From Octopus sinensis (lineage: Eukaryota), in NCBI RefSeq assembly GCF_006345805.1, contig NW_021829166.1, forward strand, positions 1 through 6,930: a stretch of 6,930 bases of DNA, read 5' to 3'. The position numbers and the translations under genes were made by a program. Shown one piece after another: positions 1 to 6,930 of the stretch (position 1 is the stretch's first letter; each line of letters opens with the position of its first letter). Under the pieces are notes generated by a model, which was not told the origin of the DNA, ran no database searches, and saw nothing but the letters and a program-made list of their open reading frames with translations.

Positions 1-17
1 TCTATCTATCTTCTATC

Positions 18-59
<42 letters not shown>

Positions 60-66
60 TAGTATG

Positions 67-102
<36 letters not shown>

Positions 103-129
103 ATATATGTATCTATCTATCTATCTATC

Positions 130-176
<47 letters not shown>
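1..176. repeat. (TATC)n tetranucleotide microsatellite
   Basis: Near-continuous tctatctatc... with a few interruptions; accounts for the YLSI-repeat ORF at 64..309. Confidence 0.97.
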
Positions 177-177
<1 letters not shown>

Positions 178-191
178 TTATTTACCGTTAA

Positions 192-338
192 GTGTGTATG
201 TGCCTATGTGTATGTATATACACACACACATGTACACACACAAACACACGCGCACACGCATATATGCATGTACATAAACATATATGTAGATAGATATATA
301 GATAGATAGATACAGAGGGGAGAGAGAGAGAGAGAGCG
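192..338. repeat. Compound (TG)/(CA)/(TAGA)/(AG) microsatellite
   Basis: gtgtgtatgtg, cacacacaca, tagatagatatatagatagatagata, gagagagagagagag in succession. Confidence 0.9.
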
Positions 339-357
339 GAGGACATTCACAGACAAA

Positions 358-439
358 TTTATATATATTTTATATTATGTATATGTATATATATTTACAT
401 ATATTATATTATATATATATATATATATATATACATCTA

Positions 440-479
<40 letters not shown>

Positions 480-496
480 TATATATTATAATATAT

Positions 497-541
<45 letters not shown>

Positions 542-965
542 TGCCATATGTATAAATAAATATATACGTATATGGATATATATATGTGCCTGTATTATGT
601 GTATATATATATATATATTACATATATACATATATACATATATATATATCAATATATATATATATATATATATATATCTATTATATATACATATTGATTA
701 TAGATAAATAGATAAAGATAGGTATATAAATATTTACGTGTATATATACGTGTGTGTATATACATATATATATATTTATATATATGCATGTTTATATATA
801 TAATATCTAATGTAATATATATATATATTTGTATATATGTATATGTATATGCTTATATATATATATATATTTATATATATTATATTATATTATATACATG
901 CATCATATATATATATATATATATATTATATGTGTGCATGTATGTTTGGGTTTATGTATATATAA
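358..965. repeat. Long degenerate (TA)n microsatellite field
   Basis: About 600 bp almost entirely atatat with scattered substitutions; source of the IYIY ORFs. Confidence 0.95.
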
Positions 966-1065
966 CTCATTAATCCATTATTCAAATACATTGTACAGAA
1001 TATGGATATTGTTGTAACACATGTTTCGTTTATTTATCCTGTTTTTCTCCTTCTCTTTCTCCCCC

Positions 1066-1074
1066 TGTGTGTGT

Positions 1075-1146
<72 letters not shown>

Positions 1147-1262
1147 AAATATATATATATATACACTATATACATATGTATAAACATAATTTGTTATGTA
1201 AGTATATACACGAACACACAGTTACCCTCCCACACACAGACACACACCTCACACACATATAT
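1066..1262. repeat. Compound (TG)/(TACA)n/(TA)n/(GT)n/(CA) microsatellite
   Basis: tgtgtgtatacatacatacatac, (TA)n about 1100-1130, (GT)n about 1131-1146, CA-rich 1210-1260. Confidence 0.88.
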
Positions 1263-1743
1263 ATTGTTTGATTTTAGTGCTTCGATGTGTTACTATTGAA
1301 ATTTCCGAAAGAGTTGATATCAAGGTTACGTAATACAGTAGAAAACTTGAACAATACGCCATTTTAGAATGAGAATATCAACAATGTACGATATCTCAAT
1401 GACTCTCTGTCTTTTAGTCTCTTGTAACTGGGTTCTATTTAATCTATCTAAATAAATTTTACTAAATGGAAAAAATTTCTTTTCATTCCAGTGAATAATT
1501 ACGTTTAATGCCGGTAACTTCACGATTATTTTCCAGCATCTTGAGACAGATATCAATTGATGTTTTAAATATGACATTAAGACGTGTATAGATGAGATAT
1601 AAACGTTTTTAAAGAGACAGTGCTGTCAGAAGAAAGAGTCGGAGTTAATATCTCTTTCGATACATTGCCTATCTTACTTACTGGCTTAACCTTTGGTTAA
1701 GTTCTCTAATTCATGACTTTTTCAAACGATTTCAACGTGGTTC

Positions 1744-1830
1744 ATACACATAGTCACACATACACACACAGACACAAACATACACGGGCACACTCACAAA
1801 AACCAATACAGGCATACACAGGCGCACGTG
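1744..1830. repeat. Degenerate (CA)n-rich tract
   Basis: catacacatagtcacacatacacacacagacacaaacatacacg... Confidence 0.7.
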
Positions 1831-2045
1831 CATATACATCTATCAGGAAAGAATGGTGCGAGCGTTAATAATAGATTAAAAAAATACTGACATAAAGAAA
1901 ACTATTGTTGATTGTAAGAGTTATTAAAGGTTTCTATCTTATTTTAAAAAATCGTTTGAGTCATAAGGTCAGAAACGATGATAATAAAATATTTCAAAAA
2001 TTTTGTTAAATATAATATTAAGTGCGAAACCACACATCCATTGCC

Positions 2046-2046
<1 letters not shown>

Positions 2047-2078
<32 letters not shown>

Positions 2079-2093
2079 GATCATCATCATTAA

Positions 2094-2134
<41 letters not shown>

Positions 2135-2250
2135 GCAGTAGTAGTAGTAGTGGTGGTGGTGGTGGCGACGGCTGTGGGGGATGTAGTAGTAGTAGTAGTA
2201 TTAGTAGTAGTAGTAGTAGTAGTATTAGCAGCAGCAGCAGTAGCAGCAGC
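2047..2250. repeat. Compound trinucleotide microsatellite (ATT)n-(AGT)n-(GGT)n-(AGT)n-(AGC)n
   Basis: 68 consecutive triplets in one register; produces the poly-I/S/G ORF 1978..2268. Confidence 0.95.
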
Positions 2251-2375
2251 AGAGGTTTAACTTACTAAATATCCTCAAATTTGGAATTCAAATAGTTTCT
2301 CGTTAGCAAGTAGAGTCACGTGTTCATAGTATTTAGTACTATGTGAAGTAGCGTCACAGTAATTGAGTGATGGTG

Positions 2376-2452
2376 CTGTTTAGCTCCAGTTAAACTCTGA
2401 TTCAGCAGACGTGTGGTCAAAATGGCCCCAGTGATGACCAACTCTTCTTTTT
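2376..2452. mobile_element. Possible diverged fragment of an interspersed repeat
   Basis: CTGTTTAGCTCCAGTTAAACTCTGATTCAGCAGACGTGTGGTCAAAATGGCCCCAGTGATGACCAACTCTTCTTTTT resembles, from memory only, a common octopus interspersed repeat; there is no second copy in the window to confirm it. Confidence 0.3.
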
Positions 2453-3640
2453 ATAGGAATATATGTAAGATTAAATCATTTAATGTGTTATTTATCAAAG
2501 ACATAGCATATGATCTGAGAGATGTGATTTTGGTTGTTATGTCGAACAGCCAGGTAGAAGCTCCCTTGTTGGCTATGTATTCATATAAAGTACGATTGTA
2601 TATTTTGGACGATTAATGTCCATTACGAGTTTAAATCCATCCAGTAAAAAGAAAACAATTCTGTTAACCCATTAATATTTGCAAATGTTATGTTCTCCCA
2701 CATTCAACCTTTTTTTCATAAACAAAAATTTCCCTAGGTCCTTCCGACGTTAAAATAAGTATATTTTATATTGATCTTTACAAATCATTTACTCGATTCC
2801 TCTCGCATAACTTTGCCTTCCGGGATCTGCTTGGCAGCATTTAAATAAAAATACAAGTTGTGTCAAATAATTTAATTTATTTGTATGCAATCAGTTTGCA
2901 CACAATGAATAACTACTTAAGTTATAGGCATTCAAAGTAGTTAAATTTGATCGCATTTGAAATGCTCTAATGTTGAGTATGACTGAAAAACAATTGTTCA
3001 AAAACCATAAACTGGTTCGAGAGTTTTTGGCAAAAGTTACCAACTTAGCAATTCATCTGAAAGTCTATTGAGCTGTCTACGAAGCATTTGTTAATATTCA
3101 GTATGGTTCGTTTAAATATTCATTTGAATATGTCTTATTAAATCAGGTTACTGTTATATTCTCTATGAATTAACCGCTGAACTAGCAGTGCCAATTTTGA
3201 TTTCTGACTATTTATATTGATGCGTTTGGAACCAAATTTACTTGGTTATGTATTGTATGTTTTATTAACATGTTACAGTCAACATACTCTCAAAGAATAC
3301 ATATATGCTAACACATCAAATTCAATTTAGCGCAACGGTCTCCATTTTAGAACGGTCGGTGAAGCCATTTTCTAAAGCTACACGCTGACTTAGAATAAAA
3401 ACTGTCTTGATATTTTGGAGGTTTTACTTTTTGTCTTGAATTATGAGTGTTGCAGTAAATGTAACAATAAGAAAAGAATGTTCAAATGATTATCAGAAAG
3501 GACAAATAATTTTCTCGAGTGAAATAGATGCTGTTTTATTGCATTCTAGTATGGCAATAGCATTCATATTGTTTCTAAGAACTGTTGAATATTAAAACAA
3601 AAAACAACAAAAAGCAGCGTTCGACCTGTTTCATCTGTAA

Positions 3641-3789
3641 TTTCTTTCTTTCTTTCTTCTTTCTTCTTTCTTTCTTTCTTTCTTTCTTCTTTCTCTTTTC
3701 TTTCTTCTTTCTTCTTTTTCTTCTTCTTTTTCTTTCTTCTTTCTTTCTTTCTTTTTCTTTCTTTCTTTCCTTTTTTCCTTCTTTCTTTT

Positions 3790-3822
<33 letters not shown>

Positions 3823-3928
3823 TTTCTTGCTTTCTTTCTTCATTCTTTCTTTCCTTCTTTCCTTCTTTCTTTCTTTCTTTCTTTCTTCTTTCCTTTGTTT
3901 CTTCTTTCCCTTCTTTCTTTCTTTCTTT
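3641..3928. repeat. (TTTC)n/(TTC)n polypyrimidine tract
   Basis: About 288 nt with only three purines on the + strand (3829, 3842, 3897); source of the K/E/R-rich and F/L/S-rich ORFs at 3575-4052. Confidence 0.97.
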
Positions 3929-3961
3929 GTGCGCGCGCGCGTATGTGTACGTGTGCGTGTG
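3928..3961. repeat. Alternating purine-pyrimidine tract with a (GC)5 core
   Basis: tgtgcgcgcgcgcgtatgtgtacgtgtgcgtgtg: perfect RY alternation over 34 nt. Confidence 0.9.
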
Positions 3962-4185
3962 GGGCGGGATGTGCATATATGAAAATATTTCCCATTTCTT
4001 AATACACATATTAACTCAAACAAAATTCTTCACTGTGCATGCACATCATTAAAGAATTTGTCTTTCGGTTTTGCTTGCTTTGAGACCAGAGTAAAAGATT
4101 AAAATTTGTCAAATCTGAATATTAATCTAACACTTTTAAATTAAATACGTAAAATTTGGTTTTCAACGAAACAAGCATCATCCCC

Positions 4186-4387
4186 ATCTATCTCATATAG
4201 GCACAAGGCCTGAAAATTTTTAGAGTGGGGATCGTGTTAGCCGATCATACGAGCCCCAGATAGCAACTGGTACATGTTTCATCGAACCTGAAAGGATGAA
4301 AAGCGAAACTGCTTTTGGCGCGGTAAAACTGGGCAAAATGCTAAGCGCATTCTTCCGTTGTCCTAACAATTTTACCGGCTCGCTGCC
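4186..4387 (-). mobile_element. tRNA-derived SINE copy A (diverged, B box deleted)
   Basis: Minus strand reads GGCAGCGAGCCGGTAAAATTGTTAGGAC...TTTTCATCCTTTCAGGTTCGATGAAACATGTACCAGTTG...TTTCAGGCCTTGTGCCTATA, collinear with copies B, C and E; the GTTCTGAGTTCAAATT segment is absent. Confidence 0.85.
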
Positions 4388-4398
4388 TCATATATATA

Positions 4399-4597
4399 TT
4401 ATAAGCACGAGGCCTGAAATTGTGAGCGAAGGGGTTTAGTAGATTATGTCCACTCCAGTACCAGGCGGGTGCTTATTTTATTGACCCCCGCAAGGATGAA
4501 AGTCGACCTTAGCGGAGTATGAACTCAGAACGTAAAGCCGAAAGAAATGCCGTTAATCTTTTTTCCGGCTTGCTAACGATTCCAACAACTCGTGGCC
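4399..4597 (-). mobile_element. tRNA-derived SINE copy B
   Basis: Minus strand GGCCACGAGTTGTTGGAATCGTTAGCAAGCCGG...CGTTCTGAGTTCATACTCCGCTAAGGTCGAC-TTTCATCCTTGCGGGGGTCAATAAAATAAGCACC...TTTCAGGCCTCGTGCTTATA; B-box-like GTTCATACTCC at 4514-4524. Confidence 0.9.
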
Positions 4598-4600
4598 TCG

Positions 4601-4686
4601 ATAATAATAATGATGATGATGATGATGAAGATGATAATAATAATAATAATAATAATAATATAAATAATGATGATGATGATGATGAT
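4601..4686 (-). repeat. (ATC)n/(ATT)n 3' tail of SINE copy C
   Basis: gat/aat triplets on the + strand, directly abutting the 3' end of copy C. Confidence 0.9.
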
Positions 4687-4894
4687 TTCAAATTTGTGAC
4701 AAGGGTAGTAATTTTGGGGAAGAGAATGGGTCAATTACATTGATCCCAATGTGCAACTGGTACTTATTCTATCGACACCGAAATGATGACATGTAAAGTT
4801 GACCTCGGCGGAATTTGAACTCAGAATGGAGCGACGGGCGAAATACCGCTAAGCATTTCGTCCAGCGTGCTAACGGTTCAGTTAGATCGCCGCC
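4687..4894 (-). mobile_element. tRNA-derived SINE copy C (full length)
   Basis: Minus strand GGCGGCGATCTAACTGAACCGTTAGCACGCTGGACGAAATGCTTAGCGGTATTTCG...GAGTTCAAATTCCGCCGAGGTCAAC...; B box GTTCAAATTCC at 4810-4820; 90 of the first 120 nt are identical to copy E without gaps (hand count). Resembles tRNA-derived octopus SINEs (OR/OK type) from memory; exact family not assigned. Confidence 0.93.
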
Positions 4895-4896
4895 TT

Positions 4897-4903
4897 AATG
4901 ATG

Positions 4904-4972
<69 letters not shown>

Positions 4973-4982
4973 TTAATAATTA
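4897..4982. repeat. (AAT)n microsatellite
   Basis: Near-perfect aataataat run immediately 5' of SINE copy C on its sense strand. Confidence 0.96.
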
Positions 4983-5053
4983 CAACGAGGCACACACATT
5001 TGTATGTATGCACTTATATGTATTTTAAAGTATATATAACTCCTAAACGGATT

Positions 5054-5125
5054 GCTTGAAGATACATGGCGTATTTTCTAAATATGCCTGTTCAAGTAAT
5101 ATAAAAGCATGAAACTATTGGTAGC
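5054..5125 (+). ncRNA. Degenerate hammerhead-ribozyme-like motif (probably inactive)
   Basis: GC-TTGAAGA (CUGANGA with C3>U)...internal 9-bp hairpin GGCGTATTT/AAATATGCC...GAAAC-TATTG-GTA-GC; only a 2-bp helix I. Confidence 0.3.
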
Positions 5126-5147
5126 TCTTTCGGACTGGTATTTAAAT

Positions 5148-5151
5148 TATA

Positions 5152-5201
<50 letters not shown>
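5148..5201. repeat. (TA)n microsatellite
   Basis: atatat run of about 54 nt with one G interruption. Confidence 0.97.
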
Positions 5202-5205
<4 letters not shown>

Positions 5206-5482
5206 CAACAATTGAGGGTAAAATTAATTAATTATTAATCAATTCACCAAGTATTCAGTATGCAAAGGGACCATTTAAGGCGAATTCAAATTATTAATTA
5301 TATAAAAGGCTTAGTAAAATAAATACTTTGCCGCATACTGAACTCATTAGAAATAGTAGCTAAAAAAAAACTTTTTTAAAACTATTCTAATATTAAAGAA
5401 AACCTCTCTCATATAGGTTTGCTCAATTCAACTCACGAAGTATGGGGGTAAAGACATTAAAAAATCAAATGCAAAGGTTATT

Positions 5483-5534
5483 TGAGAACGTACGTTTCAA
5501 GATTAGTCAACTCGACATTTCTATCATCAGCTCA
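5483..5534 (-). ncRNA. Type I hammerhead ribozyme motif (Penelope/retrozyme type)
   Basis: Minus strand: TGAG (helix I 5') CTGATGA (5530-5524) T-AGA-AAT-GTC-GAGTT-GAC-TAA-TCT-T (helix II) GAAA (5498-5495) C-GTAC-G-T T (helix III with palindrome AACGTACGTT; GUU triplet) CTCA (helix I 3'). All invariant core nucleotides are present. Confidence 0.75.
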
Positions 5535-5631
5535 GAACTCCTTGGTTTGGATTTGAAAAGACTGAAAGTGGGAGCATACCCTTTCGGCTTCTTATCGCTT
5601 CTGAAGATCTGCTCGAAACTAACAGTGCCAG

Positions 5632-5659
5632 CAAACTCAAATAAACTTATTTGAGTTTG
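5632..5659. repeat. Perfect 13-bp inverted repeat (hairpin)
   Basis: CAAACTCAAATAA-AC-TTATTTGAGTTTG. Confidence 0.95.
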
Positions 5660-5668
5660 AGTGTGTAT

Positions 5669-5714
5669 ATTCTTTTATTCTTTTACTTGTTTCAGTCATT
5701 TCGACTGCGGTCAT
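5669..5714 (-). mobile_element. 3'-terminal fragment of a probable second SINE family
   Basis: Minus strand ATGACCGCAGTCGAAATGACTGAAACAAGTAAAAGAATAAAAGAAT, ending in an AAAAGAAT duplication; matches from memory the 3' end of an abundant octopus SINE (…GGCCGCAGTCAAATGACTGAAACAAGTAAAAGAATAAAAGAAT). Confidence 0.6.
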
Positions 5715-5850
5715 ATATACGCATTTGTATATGTGTATTTATGCATGTGTGCATATATAAGTGTTTGTGTATGTGTGTAGACACGCACGCACACACACAC
5801 ACACACACATAACTCTCACACACAGACACACGCATCACATATAAAGTGTA
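5713..5850. repeat. Compound (TA)/(TG)/(CA)n microsatellite
   Basis: atatatacgcatttgtatatgtgt...cacacacacacacacacacat. Confidence 0.85.
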
Positions 5851-5971
5851 TGAATGTTGTTTGGATGATATGTGCCAAACATCTTAAACCATCAATGTTG
5901 CACTAAAATCATATTAGCAAGAGAATAAAAGGAGCTATCTCCTGTAGTGTAAGAATACTAAATTTAAAAGA

Positions 5972-6021
<50 letters not shown>

Positions 6022-6060
6022 TGATGATGATAAGAAATAATAATAATGATAATAATATAC

Positions 6061-6114
<54 letters not shown>

Positions 6115-6139
6115 TGATGATGATGATAATAAAATAATA

Positions 6140-6175
<36 letters not shown>

Positions 6176-6184
6176 TTAATAATA

Positions 6185-6226
<42 letters not shown>

Positions 6227-6318
6227 TAATGATAATAATAATAATAATAAAGATAATGATAATAATAATAATAATAGCAATAATAATAAATATGATGATG
6301 ATGATGATTATGATAATG
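5972..6318. repeat. (AAT)n/(GAT)n microsatellite field
   Basis: About 345 bp of aat/gat triplets with occasional register slips. Confidence 0.96.
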
Positions 6319-6406
6319 ATTATCATTCTTTTTCATGTTTATGATAAGCCTTTTTTATGATTATCATTGTTTTTTTATTATTGTTGCTGTTGTTGTTATT
6401 GTTATT
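6319..6406. repeat. Degenerate (ATT)/(GTT)-type tract in the opposite orientation
   Basis: attatcatt...ttattattgttgctgttgttgttattgttattg. Confidence 0.7.
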
Positions 6407-6407
6407 G

Positions 6408-6472
6408 AGTACCAGTCGATCAGTGGGGTCGACCCTCCAGAATTTCAGGCCTTGTGCTTATAGCAGAAAGAC
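6408..6472 (+). mobile_element. 5'-truncated SINE copy D with internal deletion
   Basis: AGTACCAGTCGATCAGTGGGGTCGA|CCCTCCAGAATTTCAGGCCTTGTGCTTATAGCAGAAAGA aligns to the 3' third of copy E with roughly 20 nt missing. Confidence 0.85.
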
Positions 6473-6476
6473 TTAG

Positions 6477-6628
<152 letters not shown>

Positions 6629-6630
6629 AA

Positions 6631-6844
6631 GACGGTGAGCTAGCAGAATCTTTAGCACACCGGGCGAAATGCAAAATGGTATTTCGTCTGCGGCTACGTT
6701 CTGTGTTCAAATTCCGTTGTGGTCGACTTTGCCTTTCATCCTTTCGGGGTCGATTAAATAAGTATCCGTTACGCACTGGGGTTGATGTGACCGACTAAAT
6801 CTCTTCCCCCAAATTTGAGGCCTTGTGCTTCCAGTAGAAAGGAT
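6631..6844 (+). mobile_element. tRNA-derived SINE copy E (full length)
   Basis: GACGGTGAGCTAGCAGAATC (A-box-like TAGCAGAATCT at 6641-6651), B box GTTCAAATTCC at 6705-6715, 3' end GGCCTTGTGCTTCCAGTAGAAAGGAT; collinear with copy C. Confidence 0.94.
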
Positions 6845-6854
6845 CTTCATCATC

Positions 6855-6901
<47 letters not shown>

Positions 6902-6922
6902 TATTATTATTATTATCATTAT
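6845..6922 (+). repeat. (CAT)n-(ATT)n 3' tail of SINE copy E
   Basis: cttcatcatcat...cattattattattattatcattatt. Confidence 0.93.
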
Positions 6923-6930
6923 TCTAACTT

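Larger units (their letters stand above)
5202..5659 (-). mobile_element. Putative non-autonomous Penelope-like / retrozyme-like retroelement fragment
   Basis: Non-repetitive segment carrying a hammerhead motif, ending against (TA)n on one side and a perfect 13-bp inverted repeat on the other; no RT or GIY-YIG coding remnant recognised. Boundaries are inferred. Confidence 0.45.

Noticed and set aside
64-1299. ORFs 64..309, 446..652, 752..973, 829..1017, 978..1187, 1021..1299
   Set aside because: Translations of (TATC)n, (TA)n and (CA)n microsatellites giving YLSI/IYIY/THTH repeats; no protein signal.
1326-1577. 83-aa minus-strand ORF (and the 67-aa ORF at 2413..2616)
   Set aside because: No recognisable domain or splice context; lengths are compatible with chance.
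1685-1701. 7-bp hairpin CTTAACC-TTT-GGTTAAG (similar one at 3116-3131)
   Set aside because: Short AT-rich inverted repeats expected by chance; no partner TIR or element body found.
2664-2675. TTAACCCATT as a possible MITE terminal inverted repeat
   Set aside because: No matching GGGTTAA end downstream in the window.
3334-3371. Imperfect local duplication AACGGTC...CCATTTT twice
   Set aside because: Two 7-mers with unequal spacing; too short to distinguish from chance.
3575-4052. K/E/R-rich and F/L/S-rich ORFs of 130-155 aa on both strands
   Set aside because: Stop-free only because they cross the (TTTC)n tract; overlapping frames on both strands are the typical artefact.
4509-4743. ORFs with poly-D/N or poly-S/L
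   Set aside because: Read through SINE B, the triplet tail and SINE C; not genes.
4810-4894. tRNA gene call for the SINE heads (also 6631-6715)
   Set aside because: A and B boxes are present but there is no complete cloverleaf, and the sequence continues into a shared SINE body and tail.
4186-4894. CRISPR-like repeat-spacer array
   Set aside because: The repeats are about 200-bp diverged SINEs separated by microsatellites in eukaryotic DNA, not short identical repeats with unique spacers.
5570-5604. Minus-strand GAAAG-GGTATG-CUC resembling a hammerhead 3' half
   Set aside because: The upstream core is CAGAAGC (two mismatches to CUGANGA) and there is no helix I or II.
5442-5654. 70-aa + strand ORF overlapping the hammerhead
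   Set aside because: No recognisable RT, GIY-YIG or other motif; short and antisense to the ribozyme; likely chance.

Overview
AT-rich, non-coding eukaryotic genomic DNA (intergenic or intronic). The SINE sequences and the extreme microsatellite density suggest a coleoid cephalopod (octopus-like) genome; this is inference from memory, not a database result. No credible protein-coding gene is present: the long ORFs are translations of simple repeats and the rest have no recognisable homology. The window holds many microsatellites and five copies or fragments of one tRNA-derived SINE family: three head-to-tail on the minus strand (4186-4894) and two on the plus strand (6408-6844). There is also a 3' fragment of a probable second SINE. 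The most notable signal is a type I hammerhead ribozyme motif on the minus strand (5483-5534). It has an intact CUGAUGA/GAAA core and a palindromic helix III, the architecture known from Penelope-like elements and retrozymes. It lies in a roughly 460-bp non-coding segment bounded by a (TA)n tract and a perfect 13-bp hairpin. Two weaker, degenerate hammerhead-like cores lie nearby on the plus strand.
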